A stretch of 64,000 bases of DNA from Candidatus Eiseniibacteriota bacterium (lineage in GTDB: Bacteria > Eisenbacteria > RBG-16-71-46 > CAZAMP01). A program made the translations under genes and the position numbers. The first letter of the stretch is position 1, and every line of letters starts with the position of its first letter. Under the pieces are notes generated by a model, which made no database searches, was not told the origin of the DNA, and worked only from the letters and a program-made list of their open reading frames with translations. The stretch is taken from contig OZ245046.1 of NCBI GenBank assembly GCA_965224245.1, forward strand, positions 4,312,382 to 4,376,381, read 5' to 3'. Of this stretch, positions 18,114-27,656 are shown piece after piece.

Positions 18114-18470
18114 CTAGCCTCGACCGAACAGCCGGCGGATGCGCTCGATGAAGCCGGTGCGCTCGTGCATGCGATCGAGTAGCTCACGGAGCCGCCGGGC
18201 CTTCTTGCGACTCACCTCGGCAGCCAGCGGAAGGTCGAGCGCCTCGCAGTACGTGTCGACGGCCGCCGTCATCACCGTGGACTCTGGCTCGGTCAGCGCG
18301 AGTGGCGCCACGGCGGAGTCCGAGTCGGCGAGCAGGCGATCCTCGAGACGGTTGTGCAGACCGGCCAGGCGAACCTTCTCGCCCTCGGTGAACGTCCGCT
18401 TGAGAGCGTAGGCCGTGGCCTCGTGAAGCAGCCCGATCTCGTCTCGCGAGAACGTGATTCCCTTTGCCAA
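18114..18470 (-). CDS. Hypothetical small helical protein
   Basis: TTG start after GAGGAG; protein-like composition; stop lies 9 bp before the Aas-like start. Confidence 0.6.
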   Translation of the reverse strand: MAKGITFSRDEIGLLHEATAYALKRTFTEGEKVRLAGLHNRLEDRLLADSDSAVAPLALTEPESTVMTAAVDTYCEALDLPLAAEVSRKKARRLRELLDRMHERTGFIERIRRLFGRG

Positions 18471-18606
18471 TCCTCTAGCTCCTCGATCCGAGCCCGGCGG
18501 AAGGTCCGTGACAACGCACGAAATCGGCTGATATCCTCGCCGCGGCTCGCCCCGAGCCCGGTTCCGCTCCGACCCCAACAGTAAGCCAAGAGGAGAAGGT
18601 TCGGAA

Positions 18607-19674
18607 ATGGAGACGTCGCGACGGCTGCTGGAGACTCTCACCCAGGCCGACAGCGTTCCCGGGTTCGAAGACGAGATGCGTACGCTGTTCGCTACCGAGC
18701 TGGCGTCGGTGGGCAACGTGACGCGGGACCGCATGGGCGGTGTGATCTGTGAGCGTGCTGGGCGGTCGGCCACGCCACGGATCATGCTCGACTGTCACCT
18801 GGACGAGATCGGGTTCATCATCCAGCACGTCTCGGCGGACGGCTTCCTGAAGTTCCTCCCGCTGGGCGGCTGGTGGACACACATCCTGCCCGCGCAGCGC
18901 GTCCGCGTGCACGGATCCGGCCGTACCGTGATCGGGGTGATCGGCTCCACGCCACCACACTTCCTGCCGCCCGAGCGGCGGGGCAACGTGCTCGAGATCC
19001 GGGACATGTTCATCGACGTGGGCGCCGAGAATGCCGGGCAGGTCGCGGAGTGGGGAATCCGCCCCGGCTCGTGGGCGGTGCCGTACAGCCCGTTCACGAC
19101 CATGGCCAGCGAGGATCTCGTCATGGCCAAGGCCTTCGACAACCGCGTGGGCTGTGCGCTCTGCATCGAGACGATGCAGCGCCTCGACGACTCGCACCCC
19201 AACACGATCCTCGCCGCGGGAAGCGCGCAGGAGGAGGTCGGGCTCCGGGGCGCCCGCGCCACCGCGCATCTGATCGACCCCGACGTGGCGATCGTGCTCG
19301 AGGGGCCGCCGGCCGACGACACCCCGGGCATGCGTCCCGACGAGTCGCAGGGCCGCCTCGGCGGCGGGGTCCAGATCCGCGTCTACGATCCGTCGATGAT
19401 CGCCAACCCGCGCCTGGTCGATCTCGTGATCGGCGTGGCCACCGAGGCCGGCATCGCGCACCAGGTCACCGTGCGCTCATCGGGCGGCACCAACGCCGGC
19501 TCCATTCACGTGCACGGCGCCGGCGTCCCCAGCGTCGTCCTGGGCGTGCCCGCGCGGTACATCCACTCGCACGCGAGCATCATCCACCTCGGCGACTATG
19601 CGGCCGCGCTCGACCTGACGCTCGCGCTCTGCAATCGCCTGGACGCGGACACGGTCGCCGGCCTCACGGCCTGA
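18607..19674 (+). CDS. M42 family metallo-aminopeptidase (TET/FrvX-like)
   Basis: HLDEIG, LGGWW, KAFDNRVG, QEEVGLRGA, GGTNAG and RYIHS motifs. Confidence 0.95.
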   Translation: METSRRLLETLTQADSVPGFEDEMRTLFATELASVGNVTRDRMGGVICERAGRSATPRIMLDCHLDEIGFIIQHVSADGFLKFLPLGGWWTHILPAQRVRVHGSGRTVIGVIGSTPPHFLPPERRGNVLEIRDMFIDVGAENAGQVAEWGIRPGSWAVPYSPFTTMASEDLVMAKAFDNRVGCALCIETMQRLDDSHPNTILAAGSAQEEVGLRGARATAHLIDPDVAIVLEGPPADDTPGMRPDESQGRLGGGVQIRVYDPSMIANPRLVDLVIGVATEAGIAHQVTVRSSGGTNAGSIHVHGAGVPSVVLGVPARYIHSHASIIHLGDYAAALDLTLALCNRLDADTVAGLTA

Positions 19675-19716
19675 CCGGCGCGACGACCCCGAGGTGACGG
19701 ACATGGTGGACCCGAC

Positions 19717-20751
19717 GTGAGCCGCGTCGGCTGGGTCACCGACCGGCGATTCCTGGACCACGTGCTTCCGGGTCACCCCGAACGGCCGGAACGGCTGACG
19801 CGACTGTGGGAGGTGCTCGACGAGACCGGCCTCGCCACGCGGCTCGACGTGTTGCCGGTCTCGGTCGTCGATGGCTCGCTGCTCGAGAGCATCCACGCGC
19901 CGGATCAGATCGGCCTCGTGGACGAGCTCAGTCTCTTCGGGGGTCATCTCGATCCCGACACGTACGTCGCGGCCGGATCGGCCGGGATCGCGCGCCTGGC
20001 CGCCGGGGCGGTCGTGGGCGCGGTCGACGCCGTGCTCGACGGCATCTGCGATCGCGCGTTCGCCGCCGTTCGCCCGCCGGGGCACCACGCGGGCGGCCGG
20101 CGGTCGATGGGGTTCTGTCTGTTCAACAACGTCGCGCTCGCCGCCGAGCACGCGCGCCGGCGGGGTCTGGCCCGGGTGGCCGTCGTGGACTGGGACGTGC
20201 ACCACGGCAACGGCACCCAGGACATCTTCTACGGGAGCGCGGACGTGCTGTTCGTCTCGACGCACCAGTATCCCTTCTACCCGGGGACCGGCCCCGCGCA
20301 CGAGATCGGGACCGGCGCGGGCGAGGGCACGACGATCAACGTGCCGCTGCCCGCGGGTGTCGGCGACGCCGGGCTCGAGCTGGCGTTCGATCGGATCGTG
20401 CTACCGGCACTGCGGCGGTTCCGGCCCGAGCTGCTTCTCGTCTCCGCGGGCTTCGACGCGCACCACCGGGATCCGCTCGCGTCGCTTTCGGCCACCACCG
20501 GGTGCTTCACGCGGCTCGCCGAGCGGCTGACCGCGTTCGCGGACGAGGCGTGCCAGGGGCGCGTGGTCGTCACGCTCGAGGGCGGATACGATCTCGAGGC
20601 GATCGCGTGGGGCGCGGCGGCCACGGTCGCGGTGCTCCTGGGGATCACGCCCCCGATCGCTGCGGACGATGCGGAGAGTCTGATCGCGCGGCGGCCCGAG
20701 CCCGACATCACGCCGCTCGTCGAGTCGCTCCAGGCGCTTCACGGTCTGTGA
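19717..20751 (+). CDS. Histone deacetylase family (class II-like) amidohydrolase
   Basis: HPERPERL, RPPGHHA, GFCLFNN, DWDVHHGNGTQ, SAGFDAH and LEGGY motifs. Confidence 0.95.
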   Translation: MSRVGWVTDRRFLDHVLPGHPERPERLTRLWEVLDETGLATRLDVLPVSVVDGSLLESIHAPDQIGLVDELSLFGGHLDPDTYVAAGSAGIARLAAGAVVGAVDAVLDGICDRAFAAVRPPGHHAGGRRSMGFCLFNNVALAAEHARRRGLARVAVVDWDVHHGNGTQDIFYGSADVLFVSTHQYPFYPGTGPAHEIGTGAGEGTTINVPLPAGVGDAGLELAFDRIVLPALRRFRPELLLVSAGFDAHHRDPLASLSATTGCFTRLAERLTAFADEACQGRVVVTLEGGYDLEAIAWGAAATVAVLLGITPPIAADDAESLIARRPEPDITPLVESLQALHGL

Positions 20752-20772
20752 TCGATCCCCGATCCCGACGAC

Positions 20773-23016
20773 TCAACGGCGGAGCGCCCAGTCCGTCAGC
20801 GACGCCAGCAGTGCTCGCACGTCCTCGGGGTACGCACGTGCGAAGGGCCACAGCTCGGTGCCGATCCAGACGATCCTGCCGCCACCTTGGGTCGTGATCC
20901 CGAGAACGACCGGCTCGTCGTCGAGACGCGATCCGAACGGGGTCAGGCAGACCTCGCGCGGATCTTCCGGCCACGCCCACTCGTTGGCGATCATCGTGTA
21001 GAGCACCTCCACGCCGGGCTCGAGCGGGATCGGAAGCCGCTGGACGGCCACGACGTGAGTTCCGGCCGGGTTGTGGTACCCGCCCCACGCATCGGACCAG
21101 AGCGCCGTGCGAGCCGCGTAACCGGTGGGGTCGGCGCGGCCGGCCGGCATCCCCAGCCGGCGAGCCGACTCGCTCGCCTCGAGCCCCACGATCCCGCTGC
21201 ACGGGAGAAGAAGCGACGTGACAGTCCCTCGTGGTGACCGGTCGATCCGGTCGCGGATGCGCATCATGTCCCAGACGAAGCTGCCGGGGCCGAAGTTCGG
21301 GTTCTCCCACGGGGGAATGGCCGGGATCCAGGCGTCGGACGTCCGATAGACGTCACCCATGAGCGCTCCGATCGTGGTCCGACCCCAGATGACGAGGTTC
21401 CCTCCCGCGCGGACGTAGTGATGGAGGCTCAGCGACGGCACGCCGAACCGCCCGCGCGTCAGTTCCCCGAGGGCCGATCGCCCCTCTCTCGCGCCGACGT
21501 CCCAGTAGAGGAGACGGTAATCCCGGAGGTCCGCGAGGGTGATCTCCCGTGGCGGGTCGAGCTCCCCACAGGCACCGTCGGTCGCGCGCGAGTCGAGGCG
21601 GTCGAGCCGCTCGTTCCGCTCGAGATGGGGTGCGATCGCATCCTCGAGGAAGCCGCCGATCAGCGCATCGTGCTGGCAGTCGTCGATGTCCTCGGACACG
21701 TAGTCGTCGATCCAGAGGGCGGCGCGCGTGAGCGTGAACGCGAGGACCTCGACGTCCAGCGCGAGCTCGTTCTGGACGCGCTCGGAGTCGCGCGCGTCCC
21801 TCGCCTGAACGCGAACGGTCAGCACGTCACCGGCCGACCCGCGCGGAATGGTGAAGTCGATCCCGGTCCGGGTGCTCCACCGGCTCCACGTGCCCGGACA
21901 TCTCGGACCGTCGATCCGGTAGCGGCTCTCGCCCGCAGCGTACCCGTACCAGTCCGCCGACACGTCCCACCGCACCGGCAGGGGGATGCTCTCGGGCCAC
22001 GTCGTCGGCGGGGTGAAGTCGCTGTGAGCGGGTCTCGTCTCGGCCACCCGGACCTCGTCCAAGAAGAGCCGGATGCGCGGAGCGGGCGTCAGCGTGGGGT
22101 TGACGTGGACGTAGACGACGTTCGCGCCGTCGGACGGCGACCCCGAGGCCAGCCGGAACCCGTCTGATGGGGTGATCCGACCGTCGCGATCCACGGCGCG
22201 AACCGCCAGCGCACGGTATCCCTCGTCCAGCTCGTCGAAGACGATCTCGGTCGCGGGCCACGGCTCGCTCAGATGGGGCCACCAGTCGGTCTCGAAGAAG
22301 TGCGCCTCGGACGGCAGCTCGGGGAACTCGTGTCCCGGACGCGGCTCGGCCACGCGCAGGCTGTCGGGAATCAGGAGGTTCGGCCGCCGCAGGGTCGACG
22401 TTCCATCCGCGCGGGCGTCGAGGAGCCACGCGAGAATGGTGGCGTACTCCTCGTACCCGTCGCACGCGATCAGCTTCATCTGATAGCCGATGACCGGCGT
22501 CCCGGCGTCCACGGGCGTGCTCGCCCACTGAAACCGCACCGGCGTCGGCACGCCGTTCAACGTGGACTCGGCGATCGGACGGAGGATCCGCGTCGACGGG
22601 CCGCGCCAGTCCCCCTCGAACGTCGCCATGGCGGGAACCGACCGATGCCCCTCGTCATCCGCCGCACGGACCGCGAACGTCCGCGTGTCGCGTCCGTCGT
22701 CGATCTCCTCGGTGGGGAGCGTCAGTCCGTGCTCGGACGTCTCGTTCCAGGTCGGCGCCGTCGCGTCGTCGAGATCACGCCGGTCCGGGGGCTCGTCGAA
22801 CGCCGCCCACTCGTAGTACGCGATCGTGCCGTCGGGATCGTAGGCCGACCAGCGGAACGTGGCCACGACGTGATCGTTGCCCACGAACTCGATCGTGGTG
22901 CGCGGACGCGCGCTGGAGGGGCCGGGCGTCGGCGGCATCTCGTCGCAGGCGAGGGTCGCGCACAGGGCGCTCGCGATCAGCGCGAGGACGCGAGCGTCGA
23001 TCTCGATCCGAATCAT
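20773..23016 (-). CDS. Hypothetical large lipoprotein with Ig/FN3-like segments
   Basis: Lipobox-like ATLAC after a hydrophobic stretch; FRWSAYDPDGTIAYYEW and repeated (F/L)AVRAxD.xG beta-sandwich motifs. Confidence 0.75.
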   Translation of the reverse strand: MIRIEIDARVLALIASALCATLACDEMPPTPGPSSARPRTTIEFVGNDHVVATFRWSAYDPDGTIAYYEWAAFDEPPDRRDLDDATAPTWNETSEHGLTLPTEEIDDGRDTRTFAVRAADDEGHRSVPAMATFEGDWRGPSTRILRPIAESTLNGVPTPVRFQWASTPVDAGTPVIGYQMKLIACDGYEEYATILAWLLDARADGTSTLRRPNLLIPDSLRVAEPRPGHEFPELPSEAHFFETDWWPHLSEPWPATEIVFDELDEGYRALAVRAVDRDGRITPSDGFRLASGSPSDGANVVYVHVNPTLTPAPRIRLFLDEVRVAETRPAHSDFTPPTTWPESIPLPVRWDVSADWYGYAAGESRYRIDGPRCPGTWSRWSTRTGIDFTIPRGSAGDVLTVRVQARDARDSERVQNELALDVEVLAFTLTRAALWIDDYVSEDIDDCQHDALIGGFLEDAIAPHLERNERLDRLDSRATDGACGELDPPREITLADLRDYRLLYWDVGAREGRSALGELTRGRFGVPSLSLHHYVRAGGNLVIWGRTTIGALMGDVYRTSDAWIPAIPPWENPNFGPGSFVWDMMRIRDRIDRSPRGTVTSLLLPCSGIVGLEASESARRLGMPAGRADPTGYAARTALWSDAWGGYHNPAGTHVVAVQRLPIPLEPGVEVLYTMIANEWAWPEDPREVCLTPFGSRLDDEPVVLGITTQGGGRIVWIGTELWPFARAYPEDVRALLASLTDWALRR

Positions 23017-23100
23017 GCCCGTACCTCGTCGACGGGGTCTGCCCCCGGGCAGCGGGACGGGAGGGGATCCCGGAGTATACCCGGGTGCAAATGTCGTGCG

Positions 23101-24132
23101 TCACCCCGATCGCATCGACTCCGTCGCCGGCAGGCGTGACATCCCCATCGCCTCGCGGCACTCGGCCACGGTCTCCCTGGCCAGCGCCCGCGCCTTCTCG
23201 GCGCCCGCGCGGAACACGTCCTCCACCCGATCCGGATCGGCCGAAAGCGCCTCGTAGCGTTCGCGCGCCGGGCCCAGACGCTCCATTATCTTCTCGTAGA
23301 GGAGCTTCTTCGCCTCGCCGTAGCCCATGCCGCCGGCGCGGTAGCGCGCGGCCAGCGCCTCCTTGTCCTCGGGGTCGAAGAGCTTGTAGAGCGAGAAGAC
23401 GTTGCACCGGTCCGGGTCCTTCGGCGCCTCCACCGGGGTGGAGTCGGTGACGATGGACATGACCTTCTTCCGGATCGACTTCCGGGGCTCGAAGAGCATG
23501 ATCGAGTTGTCGTAGCTCTTTGACATCTTGCGGCCGTCGAGGCCGATCACCACGGCCGTCTCCTCCTGGATGTACGGCTCGGGCAGCGTCAGGATGTCGC
23601 CGTAGTAGCGGTTGAACCGCTGGGCCACGTCTCGGGCGATCTCGATGTGCTGCTTCTGGTCCTTGCCCACCGGCACGAGGTGGCTCTTGTAGATCAAGAT
23701 GTCGGCCGCCTGCAGGACGGGATAGTCGAACAGACCGACGTTCACCTCGGTGGCGCTCGCCTTCGCGTCCTTGAACGCGTGCGCGCGATCGAGGAGCCCG
23801 AACGGCGTGGAGCAGTTCAGGAGCCACGTCAGCTCGCACACCTCGGGCACGTCGCTCTGGCGGAAGATCACCGAGCGTTCCGGATCCAGCCCCACCGCGA
23901 GGAGCTCGCGCATGAGCGTCTCGGTCCGCCGCCGCAGCGCCTCGCCGTCGAAGACCGACGTCAGCGCGTGGTAGTCGGCGATGAAGAAGTACGCGTCGTG
24001 ACTCTCCTGGAGGTCCAGCCACTGGACGAACGCACCGAAGTAGTTCCCGATGTGGGCGCCGTCGCCCGAGGGCTTGATGCCCGAGAGGATGCGCTTCCGG
24101 GTGGGTTCTCCGCCGGTGGATGGTCCCGACAT
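23101..24132 (-). CDS. trpS: Tryptophan--tRNA ligase
   Basis: ILSGIKPSG, HIGNY, YPVLQAADIL, VPVGKDQKQH and KMSKS; ATG 24132 follows AAGGAG. Confidence 0.97.
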   Translation of the reverse strand: MSGPSTGGEPTRKRILSGIKPSGDGAHIGNYFGAFVQWLDLQESHDAYFFIADYHALTSVFDGEALRRRTETLMRELLAVGLDPERSVIFRQSDVPEVCELTWLLNCSTPFGLLDRAHAFKDAKASATEVNVGLFDYPVLQAADILIYKSHLVPVGKDQKQHIEIARDVAQRFNRYYGDILTLPEPYIQEETAVVIGLDGRKMSKSYDNSIMLFEPRKSIRKKVMSIVTDSTPVEAPKDPDRCNVFSLYKLFDPEDKEALAARYRAGGMGYGEAKKLLYEKIMERLGPARERYEALSADPDRVEDVFRAGAEKARALARETVAECREAMGMSRLPATESMRSG

Positions 24133-24359
24133 GCACGACTCCTTGCTCACCTGGAGGGTTCGCTCGCGACGGCGAACCGGCCGGGATGCCGGCACCGCCC
24201 ACGCGAGGGTCGACCAGTCTATCAGAACGCCTGCGCGTCGTGCCCGGGTTCGGAGCGGCGGGTTCGCGGCGCCGGGGCGCGCGGAACGACGGCGAGATGC
24301 CGCCGCCCACCGGGGGGTTGCACCGGCAGACGGCGGCGATGCCCCGGGAGGGGCGTGGG

Positions 24360-25973
24360 TCAGGCCGGATCGGCGTCGGTCGTGGCCACCGACGTCGAGT
24401 GCCCGTCCGCTCGGACCCCGTTCGTGGGCGCCTCGTCCCGGGCCGGGTCCGGCGATGCCGTTCCCAGGTACTCGGGGAGCTCGACGCCTGCCATGCGCGC
24501 CACCTCGTGCAGCGGGGGCAGCGTGCGGATCATGTTCGACAGGAAGTTCGACGTGGAGGTTCCGTCGCCGTTGGCGGCGCCGGAGTCCCAGACCGTGATC
24601 TTGTCGATGCGGAGGTTCTTCACCGCGTCGACCTGCTTGGCCACGATCTCTTCCAGCTTCTCGACCATCAGGAGCGTGGCCGCCGCGCGGGCGTCGTTGC
24701 CGCAGCTCTCGACGAGCGCGCGATACCCCTCGGCCTTGCTGTCGAGCACCTGCCGGACACCGGCGGCCTCGGCCTCGTACTTGAGCAGCGTCGCGTCCGC
24801 CGCGCCGCGGGCGGTCTCGCGCTGGCGCGCGGCCTCGGCCTGTGCGGCCAGCTCGACCTTGATCTTGTCGGTCTCGGCCCTGGCGACCTCGACGGCCTTC
24901 AGGCGCTCGGTCTCGGCCGCATACTCGGCGCGCTGGATCGCGAGCTCGGCCTGCCGTCGCGCCACCTCACCGGCCTGGTGCGCCTCGGCCTCTTGCTTGG
25001 CCAGCTCGGCGTTCGACGCGGCGATGCGCCCCTTGGACTCGTTCTCTCCCTGGATCGCCATCGCTTCCTGGTCCTGGACGAAGACGCGGCGATCGGCGTC
25101 GGCCTTCTTCCGTCCCTTGTCCGCCTCGGCCTCGTTCTGAGCGACGTTGACGTCCTTGTCGCGCAGCGCCTCGGCCTCGCCGATGGCGGCCGAGGTCTCC
25201 TGCTGCTGGACGAAGATGCGACGGTCGGCGTCGGCCTTCTTTTGTCCCTTGTCCGCCTCGGCCTGGTGCTCGGCCACGCGGATGGCGCGCTCGCGGTTGG
25301 CCTCGGCCTGGCCGATGGCGCCGAGCTTCTCCTGCTCGGCCACGTCGATCATGGCCCGGTTCGTCGCCTCCGAGGCGGCCTTCTTGCCGATGGACTCGAT
25401 GTAGTCCGACTCGTCGGTGATGTCGGTGATGTTCACGTTGATCAGGTTGAGACCGATCTTGTTCAGCTCGGGCTCGACGTTGGAGCGGATCGCACCCAGG
25501 AAGCTGTCCCGGTCCTGGTTGATCTGCTCGATCGTCAGTGACGCCACCGTCAGGCGTAGCTGGCCGAAGATGATCTCCTTGGCCATCTCCTCGATCTCCC
25601 TGGGGGGCAGCCCCAGGAGACGCTCGGCCGCGTTGTTCATGATCTCCGGACGTGTCCCGACGCCCACGGTGAACGTGCTCGGGACGTTGATGCGGATGTT
25701 CTGCTTGGAGAGGGCCTTCGAGAGCGGAATGCTGATCGTCATCGGGATCAGGCTCAGGAACTCCGAAGCCTGGATGAGCGGCCACACCATGGTGCCGCCG
25801 CCGTGGATGCACTTCGCCGACTGCCCGGTGCCCACCTTGCCGTAGACCACCAGCACGCTGTCCGACGGGCATCGCTTGTAGCGCGACGCCAGGAACACCG
25901 TGAACAGAAAGACGATCGCGATGAACGCGATGAACGCGATCACGAACGCCACGTTGCCGGTTGAGAAATCCAT
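24360..25973 (-). CDS. Flotillin/SPFH-domain protein
   Basis: N-terminal TM, HGGGTMVWPLIQ, FGQLRL, IEQINQDRDSF, an EA-rich coiled coil and IDKITVWD. Confidence 0.95.
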   Translation of the reverse strand: MDFSTGNVAFVIAFIAFIAIVFLFTVFLASRYKRCPSDSVLVVYGKVGTGQSAKCIHGGGTMVWPLIQASEFLSLIPMTISIPLSKALSKQNIRINVPSTFTVGVGTRPEIMNNAAERLLGLPPREIEEMAKEIIFGQLRLTVASLTIEQINQDRDSFLGAIRSNVEPELNKIGLNLINVNITDITDESDYIESIGKKAASEATNRAMIDVAEQEKLGAIGQAEANRERAIRVAEHQAEADKGQKKADADRRIFVQQQETSAAIGEAEALRDKDVNVAQNEAEADKGRKKADADRRVFVQDQEAMAIQGENESKGRIAASNAELAKQEAEAHQAGEVARRQAELAIQRAEYAAETERLKAVEVARAETDKIKVELAAQAEAARQRETARGAADATLLKYEAEAAGVRQVLDSKAEGYRALVESCGNDARAAATLLMVEKLEEIVAKQVDAVKNLRIDKITVWDSGAANGDGTSTSNFLSNMIRTLPPLHEVARMAGVELPEYLGTASPDPARDEAPTNGVRADGHSTSVATTDADPA

Positions 25974-26606
25974 CTATGCCTCCTCATGCTCGACGGCGCC
26001 CGGCACCGGGTCGACGACGAGGACGTCGTGCTCGGCGACGTTCGTGACGAACACGCGCGACCCGGTGGGGAGCGTCTTCGAGGACTCGCTCATCGCGTCG
26101 AACACGCGAAAGCGATCCGCCACCGTCAGCTGGACCTTGCCGGTTCCCCCTCTGGGGATGGCCAGATACACCTCGGCCTCCTGGCCGAGCGCCGCGTGCA
26201 CGTCGATGTTTCCGCTGGACTGAAGCCCCAGCATGACGCGGAACACCTTCGAGATCGTCCACATCGTCATCGCGCCGGCGGCGCACCCGGCCGCGATCGC
26301 CACGAGGGTCGGCAACGGGGTCGCCCGTTCGACGGCGAATCCCACGAGGCCGAACATCGTGGCGAACGCGCTCAGTCCCTGCAGCGACAGCGCGCGGAAG
26401 TCGGCGTCGGCGTCGGCGTTGGAGCTCAGGTCGGGATCGAGGTCGGTGTCGAAGGTGGCGTCGAAGCCGCTATCGGCGTCGGTGTCGACGTCGGTGTCGG
26501 CGCCGAGGAACTGCAGCAGGAAGTAGACCGCGAGCACGATGCCGCCGATGATCGCCGATCCCAGGAACACCTGCTCGATCGGGGCGAGAGCACTGAACCA
26601 GGTCAT
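25974..26606 (-). CDS. NfeD-like membrane protein (flotillin partner)
   Basis: Three TM segments with an Asp-rich loop and a C-terminal OB-like GQEAEVYLAIP...GKVQL; abuts the flotillin gene. Confidence 0.88.
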   Translation of the reverse strand: MTWFSALAPIEQVFLGSAIIGGIVLAVYFLLQFLGADTDVDTDADSGFDATFDTDLDPDLSSNADADADFRALSLQGLSAFATMFGLVGFAVERATPLPTLVAIAAGCAAGAMTMWTISKVFRVMLGLQSSGNIDVHAALGQEAEVYLAIPRGGTGKVQLTVADRFRVFDAMSESSKTLPTGSRVFVTNVAEHDVLVVDPVPGAVEHEEA

Positions 26607-26824
26607 GGCGACCTCCTTCGCGTGCGTGGGCGCACCTGATCGCGTCCGTTCGCATTGTCGTCGCTGCCAATACTCACTACAAGCAATGCGACCGGAATAT
26701 TCGAACAGACGGGGCGACGGCTTCGCCGGTTGCGAAACCGGATCGATGGCGTCCCACACTGGCACCGGGACCGTCGACGTGCGACGCTTCGCTGCAACGA
26801 ATCCTTTCGCGTGGGGGACGGAGT

Positions 26825-27517
26825 GTGACGCTCGGCTCGTATGTGGGACTCGGCGTTGGACTTGGAATCGCGGCCGGCGTGAGCCCGGGACCGCTGCTGA
26901 CGCTCGTGGTGAGCGCGTCGCTTGCCCGCGGCCTGCCCGCCGGGGCTCGGATCGCGGTCGCGCCCCTCCTCACCGACGTCCCGATCGTGCTCGTCTGCCT
27001 GACCGTGCTCGACCGGTTGCCCGCCCGCACCCTCGCCGTGATCTCCATCCTGGGCGCGGTCTACGTGTTGATCCTCGGTATCATGACGCTCGTGAGCGCG
27101 CGAACGGCCTCACTCGGCGCGGAGGTCACGCCCGTGAGCGAGGGTCGCGCCGGCGACGTGTGGCGGGGCGTCCTGGCCAACCTCCTGAACCCGCATCCGT
27201 GGATCGCCTGGATCTCGGTCATGGGACCGGTCGTGGTGCGAGGGTTCGACCAGGCCCCGATCAACGCCATCGTGTTCGTCGGGCTCTTCTACGTCCTCCT
27301 CGTCGGATCCAAGCTCGCAATCGCCGCGCTCGTGGCGCGTGGACGACACCTGATGTCGGAACGGGTTCATCGTCGTGTGCTGGCGGCGACCGGGCTCGTG
27401 CTCATCGTCCTGTCCGGGCTCCTCGCGCGAGACGCTTTCCACCTCTGGTCCGCGCCGGTCGGGCTCTATACTCACCCGACGTCATCGAGAGTCGTGGTCG
27501 GCGAGGGGATCTCGTGA
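26825..27517 (+). CDS. LysE/RhtB family translocator
   Basis: SPGPLLTLVV, PLLTDVPI and GVLANLLNPHPW motifs. Confidence 0.9.
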   Translation: MTLGSYVGLGVGLGIAAGVSPGPLLTLVVSASLARGLPAGARIAVAPLLTDVPIVLVCLTVLDRLPARTLAVISILGAVYVLILGIMTLVSARTASLGAEVTPVSEGRAGDVWRGVLANLLNPHPWIAWISVMGPVVVRGFDQAPINAIVFVGLFYVLLVGSKLAIAALVARGRHLMSERVHRRVLAATGLVLIVLSGLLARDAFHLWSAPVGLYTHPTSSRVVVGEGIS

Positions 27518-27656
27518 GACGGCGCATCCCGCGCGCCTCGCGGCCGCACGTCGCCGGCCGCGGGTGCGCGAGAAGGACCGATCGCGTCCCGAGCGCCGGG
27601 GTCGGCACCGAGAAGCTCGCGCAAGGCAACCACTCCGGCCGGTCGACGAGGACGAC

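Noticed and set aside
24040-24060. HIGN instead of HIGH in TrpRS
   Set aside because: This is a normal variant in bacterial tryptophanyl-tRNA synthetases.
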